Source: Curvularia clavata (lineage: Eukaryota). Taken from it: a stretch of 64,000 bases of DNA. Positions 52,485-64,000 of this stretch are shown here, piece after piece (positions within the stretch are counted from its first letter, which is position 1; the number at the start of each line of letters is the position of its first letter). The position numbers were made by a program, and so were the translations under genes. Below the pieces are notes generated by a model that saw nothing but the letters and a program-made list of their open reading frames with translations, did not search any database and had not been told where the DNA came from. Location: NCBI GenBank assembly GCA_023920165.1, contig CP089274.1:2170001-2234000 (forward strand), written 5' to 3'.

Positions 52485-53711
52485 ATGGCACCAAAGAAAG
52501 CCAGCAATGACCGTCCTGCTCCCCGGCGCATCATGCCGAGGAGAGCGGCCGCTCCAGGGAATCTCAACGTGACCCATCTGCAGCGTACGCAAGAGGCTGC
52601 TGCGCGTGCCGCTGCAGCCCCAGCCGCAACTAGACCAACTCAGAAGAGATCTCGGGCGGTTGTTAAGAAATCAGAGACACCCAAGTTCAAGAAACCTGCA
52701 TGTAATCAGAAGCGAGGAAGGCCCGCTTCTAAGAAGACCAGTTCTAAGAAAGAGGAGAAGGAGAAGAAGAAGCCAGTGCTGAAAAAAGTGAAGAACAGTA
52801 GGGTAACCAAAGCCGCATCTGGTATGACAGGCAAATCTAGCGGGAGGAGGGTTGCACCGCAGTCTCCTGCCTCAGGATCCAGCGAATTGAGCAGCCCAGT
52901 GGACTTCAGTCCGATCGAGGAGGTTGTGCCTCTGAAGAAGACAACTTCAAAAACGATGTTGAACAAAGTTAAGAATGGCAGGGTGACCAAACCGGCATCT
53001 AGTAATGGGAAGACTAGACAGCAGTCTTCTCCCTCAGAATCTAGTAGTTTGAGTAGCCCAATGAGTTCGTTGGAGGAGGTTTTGCCTCCGAGGCCGTCAA
53101 CTCCAGAGGTGACGGCTAGCGGATCTCCCAGTAGACCTCCCCAGAGAACCCCCCAGAGAACTCCCCAGAAGACTCCCCAGAAGATTCCCAACAGAACTCC
53201 CCAGGGACCTCCCAATAAAGCTCTCGAGGGAACTCCCAAGCCAGCGTCCAAGGGAACGCCCAGGGGACCAGCCAGTGGAATGCCTAGTGAAACGGTCACC
53301 AGAACACCTACAGGACAACCTAAGGATGTGCCTAGGGGAATCAATGGAACACCATCAACGCTGAGTAGGACACCCAGACCAACCACGCCTGTATCATCGC
53401 CCAGGGAAATACTCAGCGCAGTACCTAGGAGACTGGCTGGCAGAACTCCTATGGGACCACGTAATAGATTCCGTACAGGAGTGCTCACCGGAACGCCATC
53501 AACACTCAGCAGGACGCCTAGAGCCTGGGAATCGTCTAGCGCATCGCCTGTATCAGCGGTCAGTCAATCGCCGGAACAAAACAGGCTTCCTGAAGTGAAC
53601 AGGATGAACGAGGGGGAGCCGTATAATCCGAATGATCCGAATGTGGAATATGTAGAAGTGTGGGACTCAGAGGCAGACAAATGGGAGTTGAGGACGGTAA
53701 GGAGGACATAA
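52485..53711 (+). CDS. Orphan basic, disordered K/R/S/T/P-rich protein with many TP/SP motifs (408 aa)
   Basis: Intronless 408-aa ORF in good ATG context (caagATGG); MAPKK start, KRGRP, (TPQ[RK])x4, internal duplications. Confidence 0.7.
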   Translation: MAPKKASNDRPAPRRIMPRRAAAPGNLNVTHLQRTQEAAARAAAAPAATRPTQKRSRAVVKKSETPKFKKPACNQKRGRPASKKTSSKKEEKEKKKPVLKKVKNSRVTKAASGMTGKSSGRRVAPQSPASGSSELSSPVDFSPIEEVVPLKKTTSKTMLNKVKNGRVTKPASSNGKTRQQSSPSESSSLSSPMSSLEEVLPPRPSTPEVTASGSPSRPPQRTPQRTPQKTPQKIPNRTPQGPPNKALEGTPKPASKGTPRGPASGMPSETVTRTPTGQPKDVPRGINGTPSTLSRTPRPTTPVSSPREILSAVPRRLAGRTPMGPRNRFRTGVLTGTPSTLSRTPRAWESSSASPVSAVSQSPEQNRLPEVNRMNEGEPYNPNDPNVEYVEVWDSEADKWELRTVRRT

Positions 53712-54603
53712 CAAAGACTCAGACGCAAGTGCATGATAGCGTGGAAGGTCTTCCGCAAGAGCTGCTCTCCTTTTCCTTTTCCCTTTTCGTTTAGTATCAT
53801 TTTAAGAGCAGTAATTTGCAGACTACTGAAAATTGAATGCTGGCCATTCTTCCAATCTTTCTGACCCTCTATAACTTTCCATATATTGCTACTGTAAATG
53901 TGCTTGTTACCCCATCACGATGCTTCCACGCTGCTTAACAGAAGCGAAAGATGTGCTTTTTGCAACGCTGCAAATATTAGCCATCATCAGTGTCTGAAAG
54001 CTCAATTGAGTAAATCCTATGTCGCACGTGTAAGGGATCTGAGTCGTTCAACACATTACGCCTACGCTGATGCCTTTATATCTTTTGGAATATAGCCTCA
54101 AACACGATCATTTTACGTTTGGTAATGTAGTAAAACATTGAATTTGACTTTATTCTGTCACTTCGCAATATCTGACTGCATGTATGTGAGAGCCAATTTG
54201 CTTCCACAAACACGAATGGTTGAGGTGACCCAAGCCATTCTTTCGAAACTCTCTATACAAAAAAAAGAGTGTGCTAGAATTGTCGATATGAAGCATGTCA
54301 AGATCTTAAAGAGCGCGTTAACGATACTGTTTCCTTCAGATATGTATCTGCCTGTTCACCCAGAGGTATGCACAGCGACAGTGAAATCCCATGGCACAGT
54401 CGAGCCGTGCATTCGTTTGCCATTAATTTAGCTTCTCTCACTTGCCGTTTGCAATTCCAGACCATCGAAGCGAAGTGCTGATGAGTCCAATGACGTCAGG
54501 GCCAGAGTGAAGGCGTCTGGATCACACTGCGCAACAACGCTATTTCTTCTTTAACCATCCTTCTCGCTCGTCGATCGGTCAACAGTACGGCCGAACAACC
54601 GAG

Positions 54604-56276
54604 ATGTCTTTACTACAACTCCCGTCCGAGATATTCCAAAGGGTCACGCATTTCCTGGTCAGCTCGCCTGAATCAAAAGACGTTATCCAATACCGAAAAG
54701 TGTGCCGTGAGTATTATAATGTGTTATTCAAGAGAAATGTATGCTTATCATTTCAGGAACTTTCAATCGATACCTTACTGCGGAGATTTGCGAGCAGATG
54801 TCCCGGATGACTCTCCACGATCTGTATTACCCTTCAGCACGCAGGAGAATCTTTTATAACCACGGGGCTCTTATCCTCACGAAGCGAATTGCGCGCGGCA
54901 ATTGCGAAGACAACGACCTCTTGAAGTTTGTGCAAGAGTGTGTGGGCTTTGCTTTATCGCAAGGTTTGGCGACAGGAGGGAATCCAGAAACGCGGCGCTT
55001 AGAGTGCACTTCGGTGATTTGCACCCTACTGTTAACGCTGGATCTTGAATCGCTCATGCTATATCTTAACCCCTTCTACACCTTCTATGAGGCACGCAAG
55101 ACTATGGATGTCTCGAAAATGAGCGACACCTTACCTGCTATTGCGGCGGCACTCAATAACACTGAATGGCTGCTCAAGCACGCCACCTCCATCTCAGATA
55201 TACTCTCATCAGCGTGCAAAGTATTACCATACGCTCTAGATGCCGCAGTGATATGTCAAAGTACAAAGGCCCTCTGTCTCATCCTGAGGGGTCTCCTCAA
55301 AAGCCTTGAAGACATTGGCACCTCAGAAGCAAGCGGCAAAACATCTCGTATTGCTCTTGGAGTAAGCAATGCATTACGGCTAGCAATTCGGCTGCATAAA
55401 ATTAAGGCAGCGAATGTCATTTTCAACTTCATCGTTCGCTACCAGGAGCTGTATCTGTCAACTTGGAAGTATCTTGAAGATGCCGCACTCAAAGATTGTA
55501 TGAAACAAGGCAACTTTGCTTTGCTCCGCAGAGCTCTCCATCACAAATTCATGTGCTTCGTTCCCTCTACGACCTACCTTGCGAAGAATTGGGTCCTCAG
55601 TCCTGGAGAGTACGAAGATCTGTACCAATGCGGTCATACGAAACTCCTTCAATTTCTTCTCAGCCACAAGATTGTGAACCCCAACATCCATAACTCTGGA
55701 ATCCAATGCAGAACAGACATAACACCTCTCATGATGGCTCTGAGAAGCAAGCGCTATGACCTGGCTCAAGTCTTGGTACAAAACGGTGCAGATGTCAACG
55801 CTAAATCAAAACATGGGCGTGGAGATACAGCACTGATATTCGCAGCGGAGCGTGGATTTTATGAAGATGTGCATTTTCTTCTCTGTAACGGAGCGAATAT
55901 AGCCCCGACAGGGAAGCAAGAAGACGACGCCCTTTGGGTTGCGACGCAGAATTCTTGGCGTAAATGCGAATGGATCCTCAAAAAAGCAACAAGGAAGGGA
56001 ATCGATTACATTCGAAGTAAGCACATTGGGATGAGTACGAATCCGAAATGGATCGGTGGTGATTCATGCTCTGGGGCGCTCAGCAAGATCGCATACACGG
56101 CGAAGACACAGGCTATTTTCGGTAAACATGAGGACTGCAAATGGCCGATCACCCTATACGAGCTTCGCCCAGACACCAAGTTTGACTTCGCTCACGCTTA
56201 CATGGATGACTGGTTCGAGAAGAACATACTATCATCTCGCTACGAGTGGCATTGTCATGCCGCTACATGGCTTTAG
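54604..56276 (+). CDS. F-box-like plus ankyrin-repeat protein; intron 54707-54756
   Basis: MSLLQLPSEIFQRV...RKVCRTFN F-box-like start; TPLMMALRSKRYDLAQVLVQNGADVNA and TALIFAAERGFYEDVHFLLCNGAN ankyrin repeats. Confidence 0.82.
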
Positions 56277-56829
56277 CACATTTCATGTGAGACGACTTAG
56301 TTCAGCAGAGAATATTAAGAATCTGTTCGATAATCGGGCATGATTAAGCGTTTGACTAGTATAATTCAGATACAAACTCATTCTATACAACTTTGAATTC
56401 TTTAGAATAAAGGGTCATTGTAATTCATTCACTAGGAGACTGAAAGCTAACTATGATTTTGTACTGTGTTTGTATGATATAACATGGTCGTGGCAACATA
56501 CTTGATTAGCAGAAAGGCACTAGAGCATACATAAGGACGAGGTAACTGTGTGAGAATAACCTAAGAGTATCAACGGGCCGTGATCTTGTAATGAATTCCA
56601 TGCAAGGCAATTTAGAGAAACAGTGTTTTCCTATATTTCGCCACCTCAACGTTTGGAAAAGCAACATCTTCCTTAACTTAGGGTATCTTCTTTCTGAATT
56701 TTATAGCCCTTACCCCGAGATCTCAAAGTTCACGAGCCGTCCATACCTCGATCGTAGCTGACTGAGCTAAATGAAATTGACTAGCTTACATGCATATTCT
56801 ATGCAAATGAGTTTCTCGTTTCCTTCTAT

Positions 56830-57777
56830 CCCCTGTTGATACTTGGACTTGCATCTGGGGTTGATGCCTTAGCTGCTACTTGAGAGACGCTTTTCATGGT
56901 CAACAAGAAACTCTTGTTGTATGTGCTATGCGTAAACATTGTAACTTTGGCGTGTTTTTTGCATCGATAGCTTCCGCTATGTTGAAACTGGGTGTATAAA
57001 ACCGGAATGCACACAATGTTGTAAAATTTTAGAAGGAATCATACGGCTTGGAGACGATCAAGCCGATAATGCGGCATACCCCCGTCCGAGACATGCGAAG
57101 CATAAATGTGTGCTTATAGTCTACCGATGTGCTCTTAACGCTGCAATGCCAAAGAGACAGAAGGAGACCGGCAAGACTTTTCTTAACCACTTTCTTAGCC
57201 GGAGAAATGTGGGAAATGGTCTGTCTCATCAAAGTCGAATATAAATTTTAGAAGCCGCAAAGCACGTGGACTCTGGTTTTGTTGGTGAGATATGCCAGGC
57301 AAGGGCAGAGCAAGGAGAGACCCAGACAGCAGACGATATACAACTGATACTCGTGAGCACATGTTCTACTCTCCGTTTCTTGTTGGAAAACAAATACCTT
57401 GATTCAAATGCTATGGCTACGACAACGCCACTTACGCTGGCCGTGCGCTATCGTCGCTACAATCTTGCGCGCATACTCCCTTAATATGGTGCTGACGTGA
57501 ACGGTGTGCCAACAGAAGGGCCATCTGTAACGGCTCTGTGCTATGCAACAACAAGGGGACACCGAGGGCGCAGCCTAGCACCAACTTTCTACTAGAACAC
57601 GGAGCGGATCCCTTCATTCGATGTCGGATGGACCCAGCGCAGGCACTGTGACCCGACATTGAGTTTTTACTAAAACAGGCAGTGGATCACGGAAACGAAG
57701 TAGCTTTGTGTTGTAAGACGTGGGCGAAATATCAAAGTGCGAAGTCGGAACAAGCAGAGAGTCTTTTAATCGAGTAG
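56830..57777 (+). pseudogene. Degenerate ankyrin-protein paralog of 54604-56276 (5' limit uncertain)
   Basis: TLRFLLENK..TTPLTLAVRYRRYNLARILP*YGADVNG..TALCYATTRGH [frameshift] NFLLEHGADP..AL*PDIEFLLKQA is collinear with the neighbour's C-terminal half. Confidence 0.7.
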
Positions 57778-57957
57778 ATTCTTTCTAGTAATGAGTCTAG
57801 ACTAGAATATCCCGAATTCCCGGACCAAAAATCGGCTCATCAATGAAATCAAATGCCCCGTGTCCCAGAACAATCTTCAGAGCAAACAATAAAACGCCGT
57901 GTTCTCCATTCGGGTTTCCAGAGGATATCACATACACGACAATCGTACAATAGTACC

Positions 57958-60728
57958 TCAGTACTTCTCTTCCAACCTCGCCGTCATGCCCGTTACTACC
58001 GTGCGTTTGCTTTCTTCCTTTTCCAAGGCATGCAGCTCACGCTCCAGCTCTTTCTGCGCAGTCATCTGTTGAACGATAGTGAGCTGATCCAGAAGTGTTG
58101 CCATCCCTTCCTCAGTCTGACCGTTGAACAAGGTTACGAGATCTGACTTTGTAGCTGATGCGAGTTGCTCCTCAAGCGCCTTCAGTGCTTTGGTACCGAG
58201 TGCAGAGACAGCCTTCTTGAACTTTTCTTCTTCATCTGCCTTGGCCCTTTTAGCCGCTGACTCCCGGGCATCAGTATTGGCATCACCTGCCTTGCGCTTC
58301 GCAACCTTCATAGCTTCTTTCTTTGCTTTGGCTGCCAGGTAGCGTGCCGAATGTCCTAGTGCGTGTCCATTCTTGGTAAGCGGTTCCTCTATGTTGAGTG
58401 GAGGGGCAGTGAAGAAGAGCACACGGCCTTTCTCGTCACACTGGAACTGCTCCCGGATCTCGGGTGGGATGCTGTTGTTTGCATGGTCGGCCATCACGTA
58501 AACTTCGACAGGCTGCGGTGCCTTGTAGTTCGGAGGCACCTGCTGAAGGTACGGTTGCTGATAGCCTGGCGTCGGTCGTGGTGTCTGGAAGGACTGCATC
58601 GGTGCGGTAGGTTGAGGAGTGAAAGGAACATGTGGAGTAATGGGTTGATAAGACGGCATTTGAGGAGTCTGGTGATGCATGTGCGGCGCAGGAGACTGAG
58701 AGTGAGCATGATAGTGTGTTGCATGCGTTGGGGTGTATGTGGGAGCGACATGATGCTGCTGTGGCGTTGGTGCAGGCATTGGGGTAAGGGCAGGAGCTTG
58801 AGCTATAGGGTAGTTTCTTGATGCTTCAAAACCATGCGAGGAAGTCGTAGGTAGACTTGGTGTTGGCATGACTGGTGCCGGTGGTGGAGTTGGAGATGGT
58901 GGTGGAGTTGGCCTGGGAGGTGGTGAATCCTGCGAGTATGTGAGCAAAAGTTCGCGGTCGTTTGTAGGGGCCTTCATTTACCTTTGGGTCGCGTGGACGA
59001 CGATGGACAGCGCCAATCTTGGGAGGCGCATTTTCAGCCCCCCATTCTGGCTTCGGTAGATCGTCATCCTCTTTTTGGTCATCCTTAAGCAGATACGCAA
59101 TCGGACTGGGCACCTTCTTCAGCTTCCGTGGCGCATCAAACAGATCCATAACATAGTCTTTGTCTCGCACTTCATCAGGCAGACAGCTGGCCCATGTCTT
59201 GATTTTGTTCAGCTTATGATTTTCCTCGTTGTACCGGGCTTCGCAGACGTAGATCTCTTTGTCTGAGGGGAAGTCGCGCGGGCGACCCTTGTTGTACCTT
59301 GTTGTGAACATAACGAAGCAGCGATCTACGACTTCGTCGATACGGTGATCCCTATACTGGCCAGTCTTTACAACTTCGTTTTCGAAGAAGTGCTTGTCAA
59401 AACGATGTACAGTCTGCTCTGGGCGGTAGTACCAGCAGGCATTCACCCATTGACCGCCATTTGCATCCTGCCATGTACGGTAGATCTGAGCAACAATGGG
59501 CTTTGTGAGGTCATTCGCGTTTTGGATGTGGACCCAATCGCCAACTTTCCACAACTCTCCATTGTGAACGATGCCGCTGGGCATGGGTATGCGTCCCTCT
59601 TCCATGACATACTCAGTGTCCGGCTTCTCTTTCTCAGCCTTTGCGACTTTTCGGGCTTCCTTTTGGAGATGTACAGCGTCCTTGTAAATTTGGCTGTCCT
59701 CCTCGTTGTACTGCTTCGCATTCTCAAACATGAGCTCGACGTCTACCATGAAGTGGTCTACCGAGTTGTATTTCTTCCGCTTGAGCTTGCGCTTCAAAAT
59801 ATCCATGGCCATGGGGTTTTTGATCTCGGAGTGGTATTCGGGCATGACCGTTTTATCGGGAACGCGCTCGAATGCGCTCACCATGAGCTTGTTCTGCTGG
59901 TTGCGAGGTTTTCGAATAGCTTTCATGATGGCTTTAATTCGAGCCTCCATAGGTGTGTCGACCCGCGGCGGACGGCCGCGCTTCTTCCGTGACTCTGGGT
60001 CGTCGTTCTTAGCGTCCTCCTTCGCTGCTCTTGAGCCTCCCTCGCGCTTGGCGCTGGTTGCCGCGGATCGCGCAGGCCTTCTCCTCTTGCGCTTTCCCTC
60101 ATCCTCTTCGTCCTCGTCCTCGTCCTCGTCGTCTACCTCAAGCTCTTCCTCGTCGTCTTCTTCCTCTTCTTCTTCCTCCTCCTCCGGTAGCAATGGATCC
60201 TGCTCAGGAATTTCCCCTAGGAAGGGCAGGGTGGCGACCTCTTCAGATACAATCTTCTCATCAACAAGCTTCTTGAGCTCCTGTTCAATGACCTTCTTTA
60301 CTTCAAGCGCATCGACATAGGCTTGCGAATCCTGCCTGTTGTACACTTGCGCATTGTGGGGTATGAGAGCTAAGTCGCGGACAAACTCGGAAAAGTCCTT
60401 GTATTCTTTTTGTCCGATCTTAGATTTGATGGTGCTGAGGGCCATGGGCTCCTTGATGATGTCGTAGTAATCGGGCACGGCGCGCTTGTTCACTTTGCGC
60501 TGGAAGAGTTTGGTGGGGTCATAAGTGCCACTGGGCGGGTTTTAGTAAAATCGCATGTGTGCATCAAAGCAAAGCTACTTACTCATCGATCCTGTAGTCG
60601 TAGACGTTCTTTAACAAGTTCGACATGGCCTCCCATTCTTGCTCCGTCACTGTAGACGCTGCGCCAGCAGATTCGGCAGTTTCAGTTGTAGGAACCGGCG
60701 TCGAGCTCGGCGCACGTGCGGACGCCAT
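57958..60728 (-). CDS. RSC1: RSC complex subunit Rsc1/Rsc2 (two bromodomains plus BAH); introns 60582-60531, 58981-58930
   Basis: PDYYDIIKEPMAL..NAQVYN; PEYHSEIKNPM..FENAKQYN; AT-hook KKRGRPP; BAH KVGDWV..PIVAQIYRTW..CWYYRPEQTVH. Confidence 0.92.
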
Positions 60729-61199
60729 GGCTTCGATATGCTACCTGGCGTTGTGATGTTGCGCTGTCGTCTGCCTTCTTTGGTGTCAGGGTCGTCGCGT
60801 CGTGAGTACGAAGTCGCGACTGGAGCGGAGCGGCGTCGGTGATAAGATCTTCCGGGAATGCCTGTCGCACATCTCCGCCTCGGCCAACTCTGGGGTTCCC
60901 GAACATTCACTTGCGCCATGCCACTTGGCCGCGCCAACTGTCGCCTCCAAGAATAATGCCGTAGCTGACAAACTATGTATTTCCTACAGTAACCTCCACA
61001 GTGTCCGCAACTGCGTGAAGAACCCCTCTCCCTCTACATTCTATTCATCACTCACGACTTGCTTGTGACTACTCCACCGCCGCATTCCGCCCCACCACCT
61101 CCATCGCGCCACGCATTCAGCGTTCTTTCACTTGTAACAGGCACATCATATGGTTATTTGCATACTCATCCTACAATCGTCATTCCATCGCTTCTCACC

Positions 61200-62186
61200 A
61201 TGCCGATTCGCGTCCGATTACGAGCGCCCAACGGCACCCATACTCTCTCTCTCGACGATAATGCCGCTGTCTCCGACTTACTGTCCTCTATCAGCGAGAA
61301 GGCAGAGCTACCATTGTTCGAGTTGAAATGGAACCACCCACCCCAGCCACTCGATCCCTCTTTATACGGCATGTCTACGCTGCTGAAGGACATCGACCTC
61401 AAACTCAACGGCGCATCTATTATTGTTATTGGCAAAGCTACAGGCGATCCAAGCGAGCGGAAAGCGGAGCAAGAGCTTCAGTCCGCTACGTCTCAGTCAG
61501 CACCTCTGTCTTTACAGCGTAAGCAGAACTCAGCGCTCAAGGATACACCCGAAGTGCCTGTGCCCGACCGCGCTGGTACTTTGGTCCTAAGGGTGATGCC
61601 TGACGATAATTCGTGCATGTTTCGAGCGCTCGGCAGTGCGGTTCTCTCCGATTCACTCGATTCCATGACTGAGCTTAGATCGATGGTTGCGCAAGCTATA
61701 CAGAGAGACCCCGAGCAGTACAACGAGGCGATCTTGCAACGGTCTCCCGACGAGTACTGTAAATGGATATCATACTCAGACTCATGGGGCGGCGGTATCG
61801 AACTTAGCATTCTCTCACAGGAATTCGATATCGAGATAGCAAGCGTTAATGTGCAGGACAACCGAGTAGATCGCTTCAACGAGGGTCGACCACGCCGCTG
61901 CATTCTTGTATATTCTGGTATCCATTATGACACAATTGCCCTCGTCCCCCACGGTGTTTCGCCCCAAGACCCTTCGCAGGACATCAAGCTGTTCGATGCC
62001 AACGACGATGTTATTCTCGAAGCCGCTAGGGAGCTCTGCCGCCAGCTACAAAAACAGCATTACTATACCGACACACAGAAGTTCGATATCAAGTGCAACA
62101 CGTGTGGGTGGAAGGGCGCCGGAGAACGAGGGGCGATTCAGCATGCAACAGAGACTGGGCATAGCGATTTTGGTGAGGCAGACTAA
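61200..62186 (+). CDS. OTU1: Ubiquitin thioesterase Otu1 (UBX-like, OTU, C2H2 zinc finger)
   Basis: MPIRVRLRAPNG, MPDDNSCMFRA, WGGGIELSIL, YSGIHYD, CNTCGWKG..HATETGH. Confidence 0.93.
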   Translation: MPIRVRLRAPNGTHTLSLDDNAAVSDLLSSISEKAELPLFELKWNHPPQPLDPSLYGMSTLLKDIDLKLNGASIIVIGKATGDPSERKAEQELQSATSQSAPLSLQRKQNSALKDTPEVPVPDRAGTLVLRVMPDDNSCMFRALGSAVLSDSLDSMTELRSMVAQAIQRDPEQYNEAILQRSPDEYCKWISYSDSWGGGIELSILSQEFDIEIASVNVQDNRVDRFNEGRPRRCILVYSGIHYDTIALVPHGVSPQDPSQDIKLFDANDDVILEAARELCRQLQKQHYYTDTQKFDIKCNTCGWKGAGERGAIQHATETGHSDFGEAD

Positions 62187-62613
62187 GCACGCCACCATAA
62201 TTGTTACCCAACCTGTTGGAAAGGGCACATATGTTGTTATTGGGATAGTGTAGATATTGAATTACCTAGAATATACCCTCCCGGTGGATGTCTGTGACAT
62301 TCTCCATTCAGTTGGTTATTTTAATTCACCTACCACCACCAGAACTCCTAGAAAGCTCCAAGCAGGGCAACAGCTCAGTTACCATCATATGAACACATCC
62401 AGTCATTTCGAAAAAAGAGAAACACAGCACATGGAAGGATTGGGCCTACAATGATACAACCGTCAATTCATCTCTCAGTAGCTACGCTTAGCGCTGATAT
62501 CTCAAATCACAAAAGAACGCCATTATGCTCTAGACCCATGATGTGTTACACTAAACTTTCACACGCTGCCAAGAACTCCAAGCCAAACTCTGATAATGTA
62601 AAAGTTGGGTACT

Positions 62614-64000
62614 CTAGAAGGGAAAGCCACCGAAGCCTCCACCAGGGAATCCACCACCCTGCTGGAACTTGAAGCTCGCTCCGCCGGGGAAACCGCCACC
62701 CCCTTGCCTGAACATGAATTGCTGGCCACCGAATGGCGATCCTTGGAATGGGTTGCCTTGCTGCTCGTTGCTGTTGGGGTCGTCGCCGCGGTCAAAGCGT
62801 GCCTTGAGCTCAGGATCGGAAAGGACTTCATAGGCTTCGTTGACCTCCGCCATCTTCTTCTGTGCTTCTTCGGGCGTCATACCGTTCGACGATGCCTTGT
62901 CTGGGTGGAACATCTTACTGCGCTTGCGATAGGCCTTCTTGATTTCGCGCTCATCAGCGTCGCGTGTCACGCCGAGGACCTTGTAGTAGTCCTTTTCCTT
63001 GGAGCGCTTTAGGAGCGTGCGTGCCTTCTGCAACAACTCTTCAAGTTTCTGGTGCTGGTGGTGCTCTTTGGCATGCTCCAAGGTGCGGATGCATTCCTCA
63101 AAGTCGTCGGCGTCCAATTGGCCTTGGGCCTTGAAGATGTGTCCGTGAAGGGAATCGGGGTTGAGTTCCAGGGCTTCCTTACAGTAAGGCGCACCCTTCT
63201 TTAGGTTGTTCATTTCGACATAGGCTTCACAGGTCATCTCGACGAGGTTCCGGTAGAGGCCTTGGGGCGAGTTGGCATAGATGTAGCCTTGCTCCGTGTA
63301 GTCTTTGAAATCTTGTTTAACCTCCTTCAACAAACCAGGCTCTTCGGCACCGCGGTCGATAAGGAGTTTCGAGGCGGTGGCAAATTGGCGCCTTTCGAAG
63401 GACTTGCGTACTTTCTTGATGTCCTTCTCAATGTTCTTTTCCCTCCTACGCAGCTTCATGCATGCCTTGGAGTCTGGGTCTGACTGCAGACATTGGGCGA
63501 CGTGCTTGATTCCCTTTTCGGTTTCGCCAAGGGAGTAAAAGGCCATAGCGGAACTCTGGAGGTAGGGCTGAATGTCTCCCGTATTGATCTGGAGAAGATG
63601 CTGCAGGTCGCTAATGCCCTCAACGACCTCGCCCTTCTCAAAGCGACAGCGTGCCCTTGTCTTGCGGAGATCATATGCGCCATTGGCGACTACGATGGCA
63701 GCCCCGGCATTTGTGATACACGAGTCCCAGTCGCCTTTGTCGGCAGCCTCTTGCGCGATGATAGCAGCAGCCTGAGTTTCCTCTAGCTGTGCGATCTCAT
63801 CGGCCTTGCCCGCTGCCTCGTAGTCCTTGCGCGCTGCAGCCCAGTCGGCCTTCCTTGCCCTTATCTTGGCTCGCTGCACCAGTGCGCCCTCGAAACCAGG
63901 CTTCAACTCCAGAACCTTGTTAAAATCCTGCTCTGCTTGTGAAGTCTTGCCGATTTGGAGGTAAGCGGCGCCGCGCCTAAAGTAGGTGAGGTAGTTGCGC
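62614..64000 (-). CDS. TPR-repeat DnaJ co-chaperone (DNAJC3/P58IPK/Jem1-like), 5' end outside window
   Basis: TPR-like helices, then J-domain DYYKVLGV..IKKAYRK..HPDK..NEAYEVLSDPELKARFDRGDDP, and a G/F-rich tail. Confidence 0.92.
   Translation of the reverse strand, partial: RNYLTYFRRGAAYLQIGKTSQAEQDFNKVLELKPGFEGALVQRAKIRARKADWAAARKDYEAAGKADEIAQLEETQAAAIIAQEAADKGDWDSCITNAGAAIVVANGAYDLRKTRARCRFEKGEVVEGISDLQHLLQINTGDIQPYLQSSAMAFYSLGETEKGIKHVAQCLQSDPDSKACMKLRRREKNIEKDIKKVRKSFERRQFATASKLLIDRGAEEPGLLKEVKQDFKDYTEQGYIYANSPQGLYRNLVEMTCEAYVEMNNLKKGAPYCKEALELNPDSLHGHIFKAQGQLDADDFEECIRTLEHAKEHHQHQKLEELLQKARTLLKRSKEKDYYKVLGVTRDADEREIKKAYRKRSKMFHPDKASSNGMTPEEAQKKMAEVNEAYEVLSDPELKARFDRGDDPNSNEQQGNPFQGSPFGGQQFMFRQGGGGFPGGASFKFQQGGGFPGGGFGGFPF

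Noticed and set aside
52706..53488. 260-aa hydrophobic antisense ORF (GVLWGVLW repeats)
   Set aside because: Mirror of the low-complexity sense ORF; the sense frame is longer and has a proper ATG.
1..64000. Secondary-metabolite cluster, CRISPR, rRNA/tRNA, peroxisomal TGA-CTA readthrough
   Set aside because: No backbone enzyme, repeat-spacer array or structural RNA recognised; the stop codons I checked lack the TGA-CTA context.

Overview
Gene-dense genomic DNA from a filamentous ascomycete. Intron style and protein style suggest a Dothideomycete/Pleosporales-type fungus (inference). About 23 protein-coding genes can be reconstructed, most with short GT-AG introns. Housekeeping genes: LST7/folliculin, TIP20/RINT-1, NOP9, a PLP group II decarboxylase, a GH17 cell-wall glucanase, GUP1, ARP4, PUP1, NUP159, TMA16, EXO1, RSC1/2, OTU1 and a truncated TPR-DnaJ. 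Ten of these sit in five head-to-head pairs. Also present: a full-length 1847-bp Fot1/pogo-type DNA transposon (50-bp perfect TIRs, TA target duplication) with a transposase destroyed by RIP-type mutations; a secreted carboxylesterase; a mucin-like protein; a mitochondrial LEA-like protein; an F-box protein; and an orphan stretch (basic TP-repeat protein, F-box-ankyrin gene and its decayed paralog). The best leads are: a tandem pair of ~75-aa spliced microproteins, one with an overlapping second-frame ORF; an uncharacterised transcription-factor-like protein behind a >2.5-kb non-coding region; a Met-Arg-Arg uORF just before LST7; an obligatory GC-AG intron in PUP1; and the TP-repeat protein. 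No tRNA, rRNA or CRISPR was recognised. Exon boundaries were read by eye and no database search was run.
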